From Conidiobolus incongruus B7586 (taxonomy: Eukaryota), in contig JNEM01013603.1 in the NCBI GenBank assembly GCA_000697335.1, positions 1 to 43,597 on the forward strand: DNA of 43,597 bases, in the 5' to 3' direction. Positions 25,611 through 36,484 of this stretch are shown here, piece after piece. Numbering within the stretch: position 1 is the stretch's first letter; every line of letters starts with the position of its first letter. The notes under the pieces are model-generated. The model was not told the DNA's origin. It ran no database searches and saw only the letters and a program-made list of their open reading frames with translations. The translations under genes and the position numbers were made by a program.

Positions 25611-27494
25611 ATGTTTGATATTCATTCTTTAATTATAACGGATTCACCTAAAATAGCTCGAAATGAAAAGAGTCATGATTTATCTAAACAAAATAAGAGC
25701 CATATAAGTTGCATTCCCTGCAGGCAAAAAAGACAGAAATGCGATAGAACTTTACCTCAGTGCAATCGTTGCCAAAGATCAATATACAATTGTGAATATC
25801 GCACTAGGAAGCCGCTTAAATTTAAGCATCTATCGATCGGACCAGAGTCAAAAACTATTACTTATCAGGCTTCGAAAAATAAGAAAAATCTATGGATAGT
25901 AGAGAATTTGGATCTTATCAAACCTACACAGAATATGTCACTGGATGACACAACCACTAAAATCAAATCAAAGACGAAAAAGCAGCAGGAACGCTTTAGT
26001 GAATATGAGCCATCTAAACCTAATGATGTACTCACCATTCACAAGGGTAAATTGGCTATTGTGACTAAATCTCATGCACCCATATTACTTTCAACCATTC
26101 TGTCCTACTTTAAATTATCCGGTAAATTCGTATTCACTACACGGGAGGATTTAATTCGATATCTTTTGTTTTTCCCACTTGTGGATTATTCCCAATTTTA
26201 TTACGACGTTATAACCCAGTTGTCATCAAATCCCGCGGTTACCAAACTCTTCCATCCTGGCCCAATTCAAGGTCTGCCGTCACCGTGTAAATCACCAACA
26301 GTAAAATCCATTAACAAGACATTTAATTCCAAGCTAGATATTGTTCCAGATCCGGCATTTTGGGATGAATTAACTAAAGAGTATTTCCATCATTTTCATG
26401 CTACAACACCGCTTTTCAGTTTGCGCACCTTTGATAATACCAAACTTCCAAGTTATCTCCTTTTCACAATCCAGTGGGCAGGATTCACACTATCTTCAGT
26501 GCACTATGATTCAGTAATCGCACTCAGCATCAACGAGTATATGGAGAGTCAGTTAATTAAGTACCGAAATCATTGCAAACTTTCAGTTCTACAAATGATG
26601 ATCATTTATTATTCTATCAAATTTAGTCAAAGTTGCAGTGTTAAAAATCGGGCATATTTGGGGCATATCACCCGTTTAAGCTGGACTTTGGGTTTACACT
26701 TCAATAAGCCTAAATTAAGAAATGAAGATTTGGAATATGAATGTAAGATGGCTTATCTTTTTGTAGTGAATTTAAATATGATGCATAGTGGAAGGGTATA
26801 TCGTATGAATTTTGTGACGGCTGAGCCTATTCCAATACCCTTTTGTAATCCCAAATTCCAAAGGAGTCCAGATTCACTTGATGATGATATAAGAGATATT
26901 GTGAAAGCTTGGAGCGTTAGCATTGCCACGTCATTTACCTATGATATCTGCTCTAAGGGCTGGGATCTCAAAATTGTATTTCCTAATATCAAGGACAATT
27001 CCATTGATATCAAACGGGAGCAAGATTTGATCCAATCCCAGTTAGCCAGAGTGAAGACGCAATATGAATATTTGATCCGATGCTATCCAGATCATAAAGA
27101 TATTCCTCAGCCCTTTATTCTCTTGTGCACTTTTTATTCTCAATCCATTATGCTCTACAATCACTGTAATCCTTTGACAGGACTTTCGCAGTTAAGCCAT
27201 GAACAAATGGAGTTTTCGGTAAACAACTGTGATAAAATGCTGAATATAGTAGACGAAATGTTCATCAAGGGATCCAATGGCTGGAGTCGATGCTATAAAA
27301 TTATTGGAATGTTCTGCCTAAAGTTACTGCCTTACCTTGATGAAAAGCTCAGACCAGCAGGCTTTCAAATGATGAATGATATTTTGAATAATCTTAAAGA
27401 TGCATCAAATCTAACAAATCCTTTAGCTCCTTTACCTTTCGAAATCAGATTGCTGGATGAGGGTTTTAACTGGATTAAACAAAATTGTTTATAA
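25611..27494 (+). CDS. Zn(II)2Cys6 fungal transcription factor, ~627 aa (first ATG 25611; an upstream exon is not excluded)
   Basis: CIPCRQKRQKCDRTLPQCNRCQRSIYNC cluster. 'FWDELTKEYFHHFHATTPLFS' and 'ITRLSWTLGLH' parallel the 9602 paralog. Confidence 0.93.
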   Translation: MFDIHSLIITDSPKIARNEKSHDLSKQNKSHISCIPCRQKRQKCDRTLPQCNRCQRSIYNCEYRTRKPLKFKHLSIGPESKTITYQASKNKKNLWIVENLDLIKPTQNMSLDDTTTKIKSKTKKQQERFSEYEPSKPNDVLTIHKGKLAIVTKSHAPILLSTILSYFKLSGKFVFTTREDLIRYLLFFPLVDYSQFYYDVITQLSSNPAVTKLFHPGPIQGLPSPCKSPTVKSINKTFNSKLDIVPDPAFWDELTKEYFHHFHATTPLFSLRTFDNTKLPSYLLFTIQWAGFTLSSVHYDSVIALSINEYMESQLIKYRNHCKLSVLQMMIIYYSIKFSQSCSVKNRAYLGHITRLSWTLGLHFNKPKLRNEDLEYECKMAYLFVVNLNMMHSGRVYRMNFVTAEPIPIPFCNPKFQRSPDSLDDDIRDIVKAWSVSIATSFTYDICSKGWDLKIVFPNIKDNSIDIKREQDLIQSQLARVKTQYEYLIRCYPDHKDIPQPFILLCTFYSQSIMLYNHCNPLTGLSQLSHEQMEFSVNNCDKMLNIVDEMFIKGSNGWSRCYKIIGMFCLKLLPYLDEKLRPAGFQMMNDILNNLKDASNLTNPLAPLPFEIRLLDEGFNWIKQNCL

Positions 27495-30099
27495 TTATTT
27501 GCTAATAAATATATTTTAATTCACTTTAAAATTAATATTATTAAAATTCTCAAACGCGTTAACTGATAATTGGTATATTACTATTAGCTAATTACAATTA
27601 ATGAAGGTAATATTTTTGAATAAATTTAAATGAATTACAAAATATAACTATTGAATTATAATTTCTTTTCTCTAAGTTTCTTATAATCCTAATTTTTACA
27701 ATCCCATTAACTATATTTTTAAATTTATTTTTATCATGTGCATAATTTAGTCCGATAGTACTTGATTTTTAATTGTTATTATTTTTCAATATATTCAATT
27801 TTATATTCTAATAAATGGATGAATCATATGGTATATCCATTATATTTCCTAAATAAATTTGATTAAAATGTTTAGGTGGCAAAATAAAACCTTTATGGAA
27901 TATTATTATTTTCATAATCTGATGTATTTACATACATTATCTAAAAATAAAACAAAATGATATCAAAATAAAGGAGAATACCTTCTTATCACAAAACGAT
28001 GATGTTTCGATATTATAAGAGTACATTTAAATATATTTGACTAATAAATTAATATCTTTTCAATCATTCAAAGAATTGACATAGTAATTCTGAGCTATTC
28101 CAAGTTAAATCCGGTTATATATTATCATATTTATAAAAAAAACATACCAATACCTCTTTATTAAATATCGCAAAATTAAAATTTTACTAATAAAACTGAT
28201 ATAATTTGTTGAATTGCTTATTAAAAATATCAACAAAAATTACTATCAAATTTACTTCAAATGTAAATAATTTGGTCGATTATAAATTTACATCAAGTTA
28301 ACATGTAAAACTAATTGCATCCAAGTGACTTTTTGTTATACTAAATTATTATGAAAATCTAAAAATTCATATTTAACTTTATAAATACTACAACCTTTCT
28401 TACATGATTTATTTTTAACAATTCCTAAATGTTTTTATAAAAAATTTAGTTGACTAATATATTTTATATATAATACTGATCAATCTCATAAATGGAGAAT
28501 GATACAGATTATTATTGCTATTGTTTATTTACATTCTACAATATATATTATTTTAATTTTCAATACCTTAGGATAATATTACTATTCTATTTTGGCTTTG
28601 CAATTAGATTTATAGTAAATTAAATTATAGAATACTATAATACATTTATTTCAATTATATATTCATTCAAATATAATGTTATAATCATGATTTTATCAAA
28701 ATATATAGATCTTCAGAGGTTGTTATAATTATAAATAATCTTTATTTTGATGTATTAAATACCACAACTTCTCTATCAATAAATATTACTTCCTTTAAAC
28801 CTTGTTTGGAAAGTATGTATAAACACCTTATAAAGATACACAAATCAAATTAATATATAAATATCGAAAACTAGAAAATAATAAATAACGGAATTTATAT
28901 TTTTTGTTTGATATTTTAAGTCATCTATCAATTTTTAAAATTAGAACTGTAGTAAAATCATACTACTTGTAAATGGATTTATAAGAACTTATGATGGATA
29001 TATAAATATAATTAATCTCCCAGTCAAATATTATCAATTTCAAAAAAGGGTATTGAAATCAAATTCTATTCAAATATCCCCAATTTAACTCTGAAATGGT
29101 CACATTATATATTTGAGTCAATAATATATATTTATTGGCTTATTCAAAATTTGAACTATCAAGATTATTCTGTAATATGATCAAATTATATTTAAAAAAA
29201 TGAACTTTATCACAATACAATTTCATAATATTTCATTTTTATATCAATAGTTAAAAACTTTTAAAATCTATATACTTTTATATTAATTAACATTATAATA
29301 TTTCATTAAATATATTATTAATAGTTTATTAAAAATTATATTATTCCATATTATTCGATTTTGAATAGATTCTATTTATCGTTATTAGTAAGGTTGATCA
29401 TATTTTATCAATAATAGTTTCAATTATTGTATACATTTAAAAGTCAATAATTAACCACATTATGTTTGATTATGTTTATGTATATACAAAATACAAAATA
29501 TAAAATTAACTAAATCATTATTAATTGATGTTATTATCTTTTGAAAGTAGAAAATAATATATAAAGTAAAATTAATGGAATAAATCGGTATTGTTCTTGC
29601 TATTTATAATTATTATTAAAAACTAATATGAATGATTGTTAAAATAGTGATTTTTGGGATTTTCAAAATAGAATAAATTCTATTTCCATATCAAACAAAT
29701 GTAATATAAATATAAAGTGGATCATTATATATAATAACTGTTATCCTGATTACTTAATTTAAAATAGTAACATTAATCTAAGTTTTTATCGAGCTTTTCC
29801 AAAAGTAAATTGTATTTGTAAAAATTTGACTCCTTTTTGCACAATATTTCTTAATCATTCGAATTTTGCTTCCTAATTAGTCAGAATTTTATTACCGATT
29901 TTAATTTTAATATGATTATAATCTTTATTAAATTAATATATAAATTATAAATATATAACTAACAGCTTGATATAAAATATAAAAAATATCTTTAACTAAT
30001 CTTTAAACATCATTTATTTCCATAGTTTTTTTCCTATTTGTAATTAATTTTTTACATTTTCAAATGTTATAACTCTGAAATAAATTTTTTACATGTCAG

Positions 30100-30312
30100 A
30101 ACTTTATCGAATTTCCATATACCACAGTGATCTAATTCAACTTCAATTATTATTTAATTCACTTCCCAGAAAACTTCGTTCGAGAGTCGGGGTCCCGAAT
30201 CATAAATAAAATATGGTATTTTCTCATTCCTGAAATTTATTGCTCATCCTCGCTATAAGGCTTGGAGCTTCAAATTTCATCAAAAACAATGATTTTATTT
30301 TTTTGCAGCTTA
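30100..30312 (+). pseudogene. Possible trypsin-like (S1) serine-protease relic
   Basis: Across frameshifts: 'EFPY', 'VR..GSR', 'KFIAHPRY', 'NDFIFLQL', resembling the HPxY...NDIALLKL segment. Locally GC/CpG-rich. Confidence 0.3.
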
Positions 30313-30465
30313 TATTTTACCATAAAATAAAAACGGCAATTTAAAAATAGTTTTTAAACTCTCAAAGATTTTTGATTTTATTACTTAAAAAATATGGTTA
30401 AAGTTATGAATGATTTACAAATAAGATTAATTTTAACTAATTCTATTCCAAATAGATTACTTGAT

Positions 30466-31443
30466 TTATTCATAAAATATTTGATGAATTCTTCTTAATT
30501 TGTTAATTATCCTTATTTTAAAAGGAATTGATTGGTTGAATTGAATAAGGGAGGAATTGGTTGTTAAATCACTAATGTCTTCTTTTAGAAACGGTTTTTC
30601 ATCGTTAACAGATTCTTTGAATGATGAGGAAATTGAGGGGTTACCATGAGCAATACAATATAGTAAACCTTCTTTCAATTGGAATTTGCTCTTAATTTGA
30701 ATATTACATACAGTACAAGTTAAACATTGTAAATGAAATGTTCTTTTGGAATTTCCTCGACCTATTCTAATACCGTCTTTATAATTGTCTATATTCTTTT
30801 TGCACTTAGCGCACTTTAATTCGGTGGCTTCTTTAGATGGTTCTTGACAATAATTCAAGGTAGAGTCTGTGGATGGTTGCGATCGGTGGGATTTTTTATG
30901 AGGGGAATGGGTGGATGATATTTGGGGATAAAATTTAGCAAAGTTTTTATAGTCTTCAATACAATAAACATTATTTTCTAGCAATTTGTAATCACATGAG
31001 TCATATAACGATTTTCCACATTTGGCACATTTCAAATGTCCTGGATGCCAGCAGAGGTTGGATAGTTGTATGACACTATCTTTGATGGGGAGGTGGCAAT
31101 GGTAACAGACAGGATATGAAGACGAGTTACTGGTTTGGCTAGTGCAGTTGGCAGTGTTTGTAGCATTATCATCTAGTTTGCTCGGATCGATATGGCTATG
31201 AAAATCAGATTCAATCGATTTGTAATATTTAGTTATCGAGTTGATTTCTTCAAGCACTTCATCTAAGAATCCTTCGATAATAGAGCTTCTAGTATGTATG
31301 CTTAATACATCAGTGGGATCAAATACTCCAGAGTCTTTATGTATTTTATCCACTTGAGATGAGTCAAGAAGTTTTCGATTAATGTCTGACGATTTTTCAA
31401 ACTCAGATTTTAGCGGTAAGCAAGAATGTAATACAGTTATCAT
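30466..31443 (-). CDS. Two-LIM-domain (paxillin-like) zinc-finger protein, ~325 aa; may have an upstream exon
   Basis: LIM1 CYHC...WHPGHLKCAKC...YCIEDY. LIM2 CAKC...FHLQCLTCTVC...YCIAH. Acceptor-like TTTGCTAG one base before the ATG. Confidence 0.88.
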   Translation of the reverse strand: MITVLHSCLPLKSEFEKSSDINRKLLDSSQVDKIHKDSGVFDPTDVLSIHTRSSIIEGFLDEVLEEINSITKYYKSIESDFHSHIDPSKLDDNATNTANCTSQTSNSSSYPVCYHCHLPIKDSVIQLSNLCWHPGHLKCAKCGKSLYDSCDYKLLENNVYCIEDYKNFAKFYPQISSTHSPHKKSHRSQPSTDSTLNYCQEPSKEATELKCAKCKKNIDNYKDGIRIGRGNSKRTFHLQCLTCTVCNIQIKSKFQLKEGLLYCIAHGNPSISSSFKESVNDEKPFLKEDISDLTTNSSLIQFNQSIPFKIRIINKLRRIHQIFYE

Positions 31444-32585
31444 CCTAGCAAAATATCAAACTCAATTTTCATATAGAATTAACCCTTATATATTCCAACT
31501 CAAACACGGATTATTATCCCTTTTTAATATAAATAATTAACTAATTTAGGAAATTGATAATTATTTTATTTTTCGTTTTCTCCTCAAATAAATGATTCAA
31601 TTTCAGTTAATTCATTTAAAAGAATTGATGTCAAGTATAGTTAAGATAGCGTACATCAATTAGTTCTTTACCATATGAAGGATAGATGCTTGTTATAACT
31701 GAAAATCATTTAATACAATTTAATCAGTTTTTTCTTAAATATAAAGTAATTACAATCTAGGTTTACTATATCATTTGAGTATAGCAAATTCAATCAATTC
31801 TTTGTTATTGCAATCAAAACATGATTAAATCATAGGTTTATTTGTATTGTCACAAATTTCAATTACCATAAAAATAATAAAAAATTTCAAATAACTAAAC
31901 ATGAAAATTCAGGGTTTTATAATGATCATATTCAAAGTAGTATAAAATATTGGTACAAATATCACTAACATTTAGTTAATTAATGACGTTGAAATACTTT
32001 GATTCAATAAACAATTATCAGTGGCAAATATATACATGAAAATTTGTATAAGTTAATCTAAACATTATTCTTTTAACAAATAAACTTTCACATTATTTGT
32101 AAAATCGAAATTATAATAAAGAAAATTCAACAGTCTAAATTAAAATTTATCAAGTCCATTTTATTTCAAACAAAGATTTTCCTATATTAAAATGATCCAG
32201 ATTATTATTTAATTAGTATTTTAAATGTTGTATACATATTACTCTAAACTTGTTGATATTAGAATACCAATTAATAGTATACTATAATATAATAATAAAA
32301 CATTATATGGTTTACAATGATAAATATGATTAATTTGAGATTTTAATCAAGAATTTCATGATTTGATTATCTATGTAAATTTTGATAATTAACTAAATAT
32401 GTATATATAATTAAATTTCAATATATAACATTATAAATTTAAAAATAATATATAAATATTTTGAGATTGATTATAAACACTGATGTTAATTTATGAATTC
32501 ATATTATTAACAATAATTTTTTAGATAGCTAGCTTCAATATACAATGTCCTTAATGTATTTTGATAAAATAATATTAATATACAT

Positions 32586-32883
32586 GTTGTAAAATTCTGT
32601 TGTTTACATTTCCATAGGTTTCAGAATGGTTTGAAATGTTATTGGGATTAGCATCGTTGGAAGTCATTTTTTTCAGATTCAAGTCGTCAAGAATTAATTA
32701 GGATATGCTTACAATAAAGTACAGAGCTCAGAGATGATTATTACCACAAAAAATTTACATGTATTGATAATATAGAAAATGCAACTAAAAATATTAGTTG
32801 CAGTCATCAAAGCATTATCTGTTAACATGCACATGCCTGATTTTATGACTCATATATACAACAATACATATTTCAATCTATAA
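32586..32883. repeat. Diverged ~300-bp direct repeat, copy A (partner 39769-40077)
   Basis: Shared blocks tgttgtaaaa, gtttaca, tccata(g/a)gtttcag, attgggattag, gaagtcat, atcaaagcat, ttaacatg(c/a)acatgc, actcata. Confidence 0.75.
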
Positions 32884-34522
32884 TTGGTATTTTTTATCAT
32901 AATTTATCAATTGTTATATCAAGAAATTATGCTATATGGAGTATTCTAATAATCTAGGTACCAGTTAATTAATCTAGAAAATATCTTATATTTTGATAGC
33001 AACAATTATATTGATGAAATATATATTATAGGTTTGAAATAAATATCATATTAAACTTTATTATATATTCAGAATTACTAATATATCATTAATGAATATA
33101 GCATGATTTATTTTTCTATCAATCAAACTGATTAGAGACATCCACTTATTAATGGAATAGATTTTTACTTATAAAAAGTTCATTAGAATATAAAATCTGT
33201 ATTGTAATATTTTTTTAATGTATCTGAAATCCATGAATAATTGAATGAAACCAATATAATTAAAAAAATTCGTTGTATATTAATACAATAATGTATAATA
33301 CAAATCCAAATACCCATATTTCAATATTTGATAGTATTATTTTTTATGATTTAACTTTAGATATTAATTTGATAAATTTTTGAAATTTTCAAGTCATTTT
33401 TAGTTTAAATTCTCAAATATCTAATGAATTTTGAATCATATTTAAAAATGTTATAGTTATTAATATTCAGATTTTTATTCAAACGATTAGTTGATTAAAA
33501 AAATTGATATTAAAAATAAAATCAAAGTTCAATAAAAATATAATCAAGTAAAAAATTTTGTTACGATGATATATTAATAACAATAGACTAATTTGATTAA
33601 ATTTATTTTTAAATTAATTTTCATTATATCAATTTAAGAAGTGTTTCCACCTAAATATATATAGGTATATAATGGCAATTGGGCAAATTTTAACGATTGA
33701 TTGAAAGTAGGTGATACATTTAATAATATCAATGTGCGAAAACAAATATATTATTTTCCAAATTGTTTAAATATACTGAACTGAATAATATTTTAAAATA
33801 TTATTAGTATACTCCGAGATATATTATAAAATTAATTCACAACGCAACTTGATAAATTACTGATTTTCACTAAATTATATCTTTTCAAAATTCTTAAATC
33901 CCGAGATTGATAGTTAACATATTGATCAGAAAATTAGACCACCTTACAACAATTTTCACATATGTCATATGAATAAAACATATTAGAAAGAGCAAAGAGG
34001 ATTTTACAAATCATAAAATTATAAACTATTCAAGTTAATGCTTCATCATAATATAAATTTGTGAGTTGTAAATTCTTCAATAGTATATTCCACTTATTAT
34101 CTTAGTTACAAAAATTAATTTGAAATATTTCTTTCAAATTTTAATAACCATTAAACCAGTCTCAGAAATAAACAGCTGTAGATTCAAATTAATATTTTAA
34201 ATGTATAAACTGCATCCATTTTTGTAAATAGGTAATTTCCAAATAGTTTTGTAATAATTCATAATAGTCATTAAATATTTTGTTATATTAGGTTTACTAT
34301 TTGATTGAGAAAATATCAATACACATGATAAGTATGTATTATTATATGTAATTGAATAAAATGTAGAGTGTATTCAAATAAATTCTTTCAAAAACGATAA
34401 TATTTAGACATTATAGATGATCATTATATAAAAATTAATTAATATTCAAGATAAAAATGATAATTAGAAGATATTTATTAAATATCTTGAAATTCTAACA
34501 TTGGTTAAATAAATAAATAATT

Positions 34523-36394
34523 TTAACATTCAACGGGCTTCTTGAAACCATCAATATGCTTGCTATTTTCTAATTTGGCGTCAATACCCAAACCTCTCTT
34601 AGCGAAACCTCTCCACAATTCACACTTGAAGTTTCCACCAGTCAAGTGCTTTTCAGCTAAGATGATGGCATCACGAGCTTGAATGAAGGTAGGGTTACAG
34701 GGTTGCAACTTCATACCATCGATGAGGAGACGAGCCAAAAGGGTGTTGCCGTGAGTGTAGTCACCAGACAAAAGATCGTTAGTGAAGGAAGTGCGATCGC
34801 GCAAATTCCAGTAGACTTCGTAAAGGATTTCGGCCCAGACAGCGCCGACAGGGTGAACACCTCGGAAGTCGGGACCATCAATGCTCGAGTATTTCTCAGG
34901 GTTGACATCGAAGCTGGTGGAATAGGGGTAGTGGCGGATAGTCTTGCCATTGTAAACGTAACTACCCATCAATAAGTTGGTGCTGCGGTTGTAGGATTCC
35001 TTTTGACGGATCAGGTTGGCAAAAGTATCAGACCAACCTTCACCCATACCTCCGGCTTCCCAGGTTTGGAGACAGTTGGAGTTGGAAGGACCACCAGTCA
35101 ATCTGTTGGAGACACCATGAGTGTATTCGTGAATGATGATGCCGTTATCGAAGTCGCCATCACGTTCGGGAGAGTTTCTGTTCCAAGTGTACATTCTCAT
35201 ACGGGGTTGGTAACCATCAGGAGGAGTGGCAAAGTTGGCATTATTCTTACCAGCACCATCTTGAGCTTGAGCACGGACAGGGTCACCGCCGAGACCACCC
35301 TTACCAAAGTTGTTTTGTTGGAAGTTACCAGCAACTTCGTTAAAACCGTGAGCATAAAGGTAATCGTGATACCAGTTGTTGACATAGAACAAATTGGTAA
35401 GAGCAGCATTGATATATTCACCAGGTTGCTTCGAGAAATCGACAGGGAAGTCGAATTTCAAATCTTTACCACCTTCAGCTCTGGGTTGTTCGGTCCAGGG
35501 TCTGGTAAGATTGCGGTTATCTAAAGCAATGACGTTGTTACCGGTGGTAGTGGTGAAGGTCTTACCATCACCTTGATCGTGCCAACCTAAGGGAGAGGCG
35601 AGCTTGGTACCTTGAGTAGTAACAATTTTACGGGGACCTTCTTCAGGATCATTGGTAGGGGGAACATAAACATTGTAGGTGGCTTCATGAACCCAGTCGT
35701 AAAGGGCAACAACTTGCTTAGTGTTGGCATCAACGTAAGCGGAGAACCAGTTGTCTTCCAATTCAACTTGAACGTTCCAGGTCAAAGCAATTTCGTTGTT
35801 CTTTTGAATGTAGGATTGGGATGCAGTAATGCCATTCTTAGCAGCAGGAACATTATTGATCTTGACAGGTTCATCAACGCTACGAGGTTCAATGACAACA
35901 ATCTTATCCTTGGGAACGCCTAAATCCAATTTAATGTGGCTGAATAAAGTTTCAACTGCATCAACGACATTTCCAGCGTTTTCTTCAGCAAAGCTGGCAG
36001 ATCTACCAAGGTTGGCAGGAGTGAAGGAGTTACCATAAGAGATAACATTGCCATTCTTATCAACGTTGATATTGATATCACCGTTGGCAACTTCTTTACC
36101 ATTAATGATTTGCTTGAGGTAAGTGTGAGTGATACCATTGGCAGATGTGTAGGAATCCTTGACAATGTAGTCTTGACCATCAAAATAGTTCAATTCCTTA
36201 GCAACAAATTGCTTGGCAATTTCCAAAGCAGGGAGGTTATTGTCGGCTCTACGGGCAAGAGAGCCATGCTCAACGACCTTGTAAGTAGCATGGCTTAACT
36301 GAGGAACAATTCTGTCAACATTTATTCTCTCAGCAGAAGCATGGCCTGAGAGACAGAGGGAGATAATTACAGATGCTAAAGTATTGAACTTCAT
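34523..36394 (-). CDS. MEP: Fungalysin (M36) extracellular zinc metalloprotease precursor, ~623 aa, intronless
   Basis: Signal peptide MKFNTLASVIISLCLSGHASA. FTP/PepSY propeptide ('GITHTYLKQIINGKEVANGDININV'). 'GFNEVAGNFQQNN', HEYTH, 'GGMGEGWSD', 'HPVGAVWA', 'KLQPCNPTFIQARDAI', 'WRGFAKRGLG'. Confidence 0.97.
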   Translation of the reverse strand: MKFNTLASVIISLCLSGHASAERINVDRIVPQLSHATYKVVEHGSLARRADNNLPALEIAKQFVAKELNYFDGQDYIVKDSYTSANGITHTYLKQIINGKEVANGDININVDKNGNVISYGNSFTPANLGRSASFAEENAGNVVDAVETLFSHIKLDLGVPKDKIVVIEPRSVDEPVKINNVPAAKNGITASQSYIQKNNEIALTWNVQVELEDNWFSAYVDANTKQVVALYDWVHEATYNVYVPPTNDPEEGPRKIVTTQGTKLASPLGWHDQGDGKTFTTTTGNNVIALDNRNLTRPWTEQPRAEGGKDLKFDFPVDFSKQPGEYINAALTNLFYVNNWYHDYLYAHGFNEVAGNFQQNNFGKGGLGGDPVRAQAQDGAGKNNANFATPPDGYQPRMRMYTWNRNSPERDGDFDNGIIIHEYTHGVSNRLTGGPSNSNCLQTWEAGGMGEGWSDTFANLIRQKESYNRSTNLLMGSYVYNGKTIRHYPYSTSFDVNPEKYSSIDGPDFRGVHPVGAVWAEILYEVYWNLRDRTSFTNDLLSGDYTHGNTLLARLLIDGMKLQPCNPTFIQARDAIILAEKHLTGGNFKCELWRGFAKRGLGIDAKLENSKHIDGFKKPVEC

Positions 36395-36476
36395 AATGGA
36401 TAATAAATAATGAGATATTAAATTATTATACAAATAGTTAGTAGTTATATAATTTGCAGCCTGATGCTCAAGATAC

Positions 36477-36484
36477 TTTATATA
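36477..36484 (-). promoter_or_regulatory. Putative TATA box of the fungalysin gene
   Basis: TATATAAA on the minus strand ~85 nt upstream of the ATG. Confidence 0.3.

Noticed and set aside
28490..29170. Hydrophobic, GPCR-like translated fragments
   Set aside because: Too degraded. Hydrophobic translations are expected by chance from AT-rich DNA.
34679..36298. Multiple overlapping ORFs within the fungalysin gene
   Set aside because: Consequence of codon bias in the M36 gene. No independent motifs.
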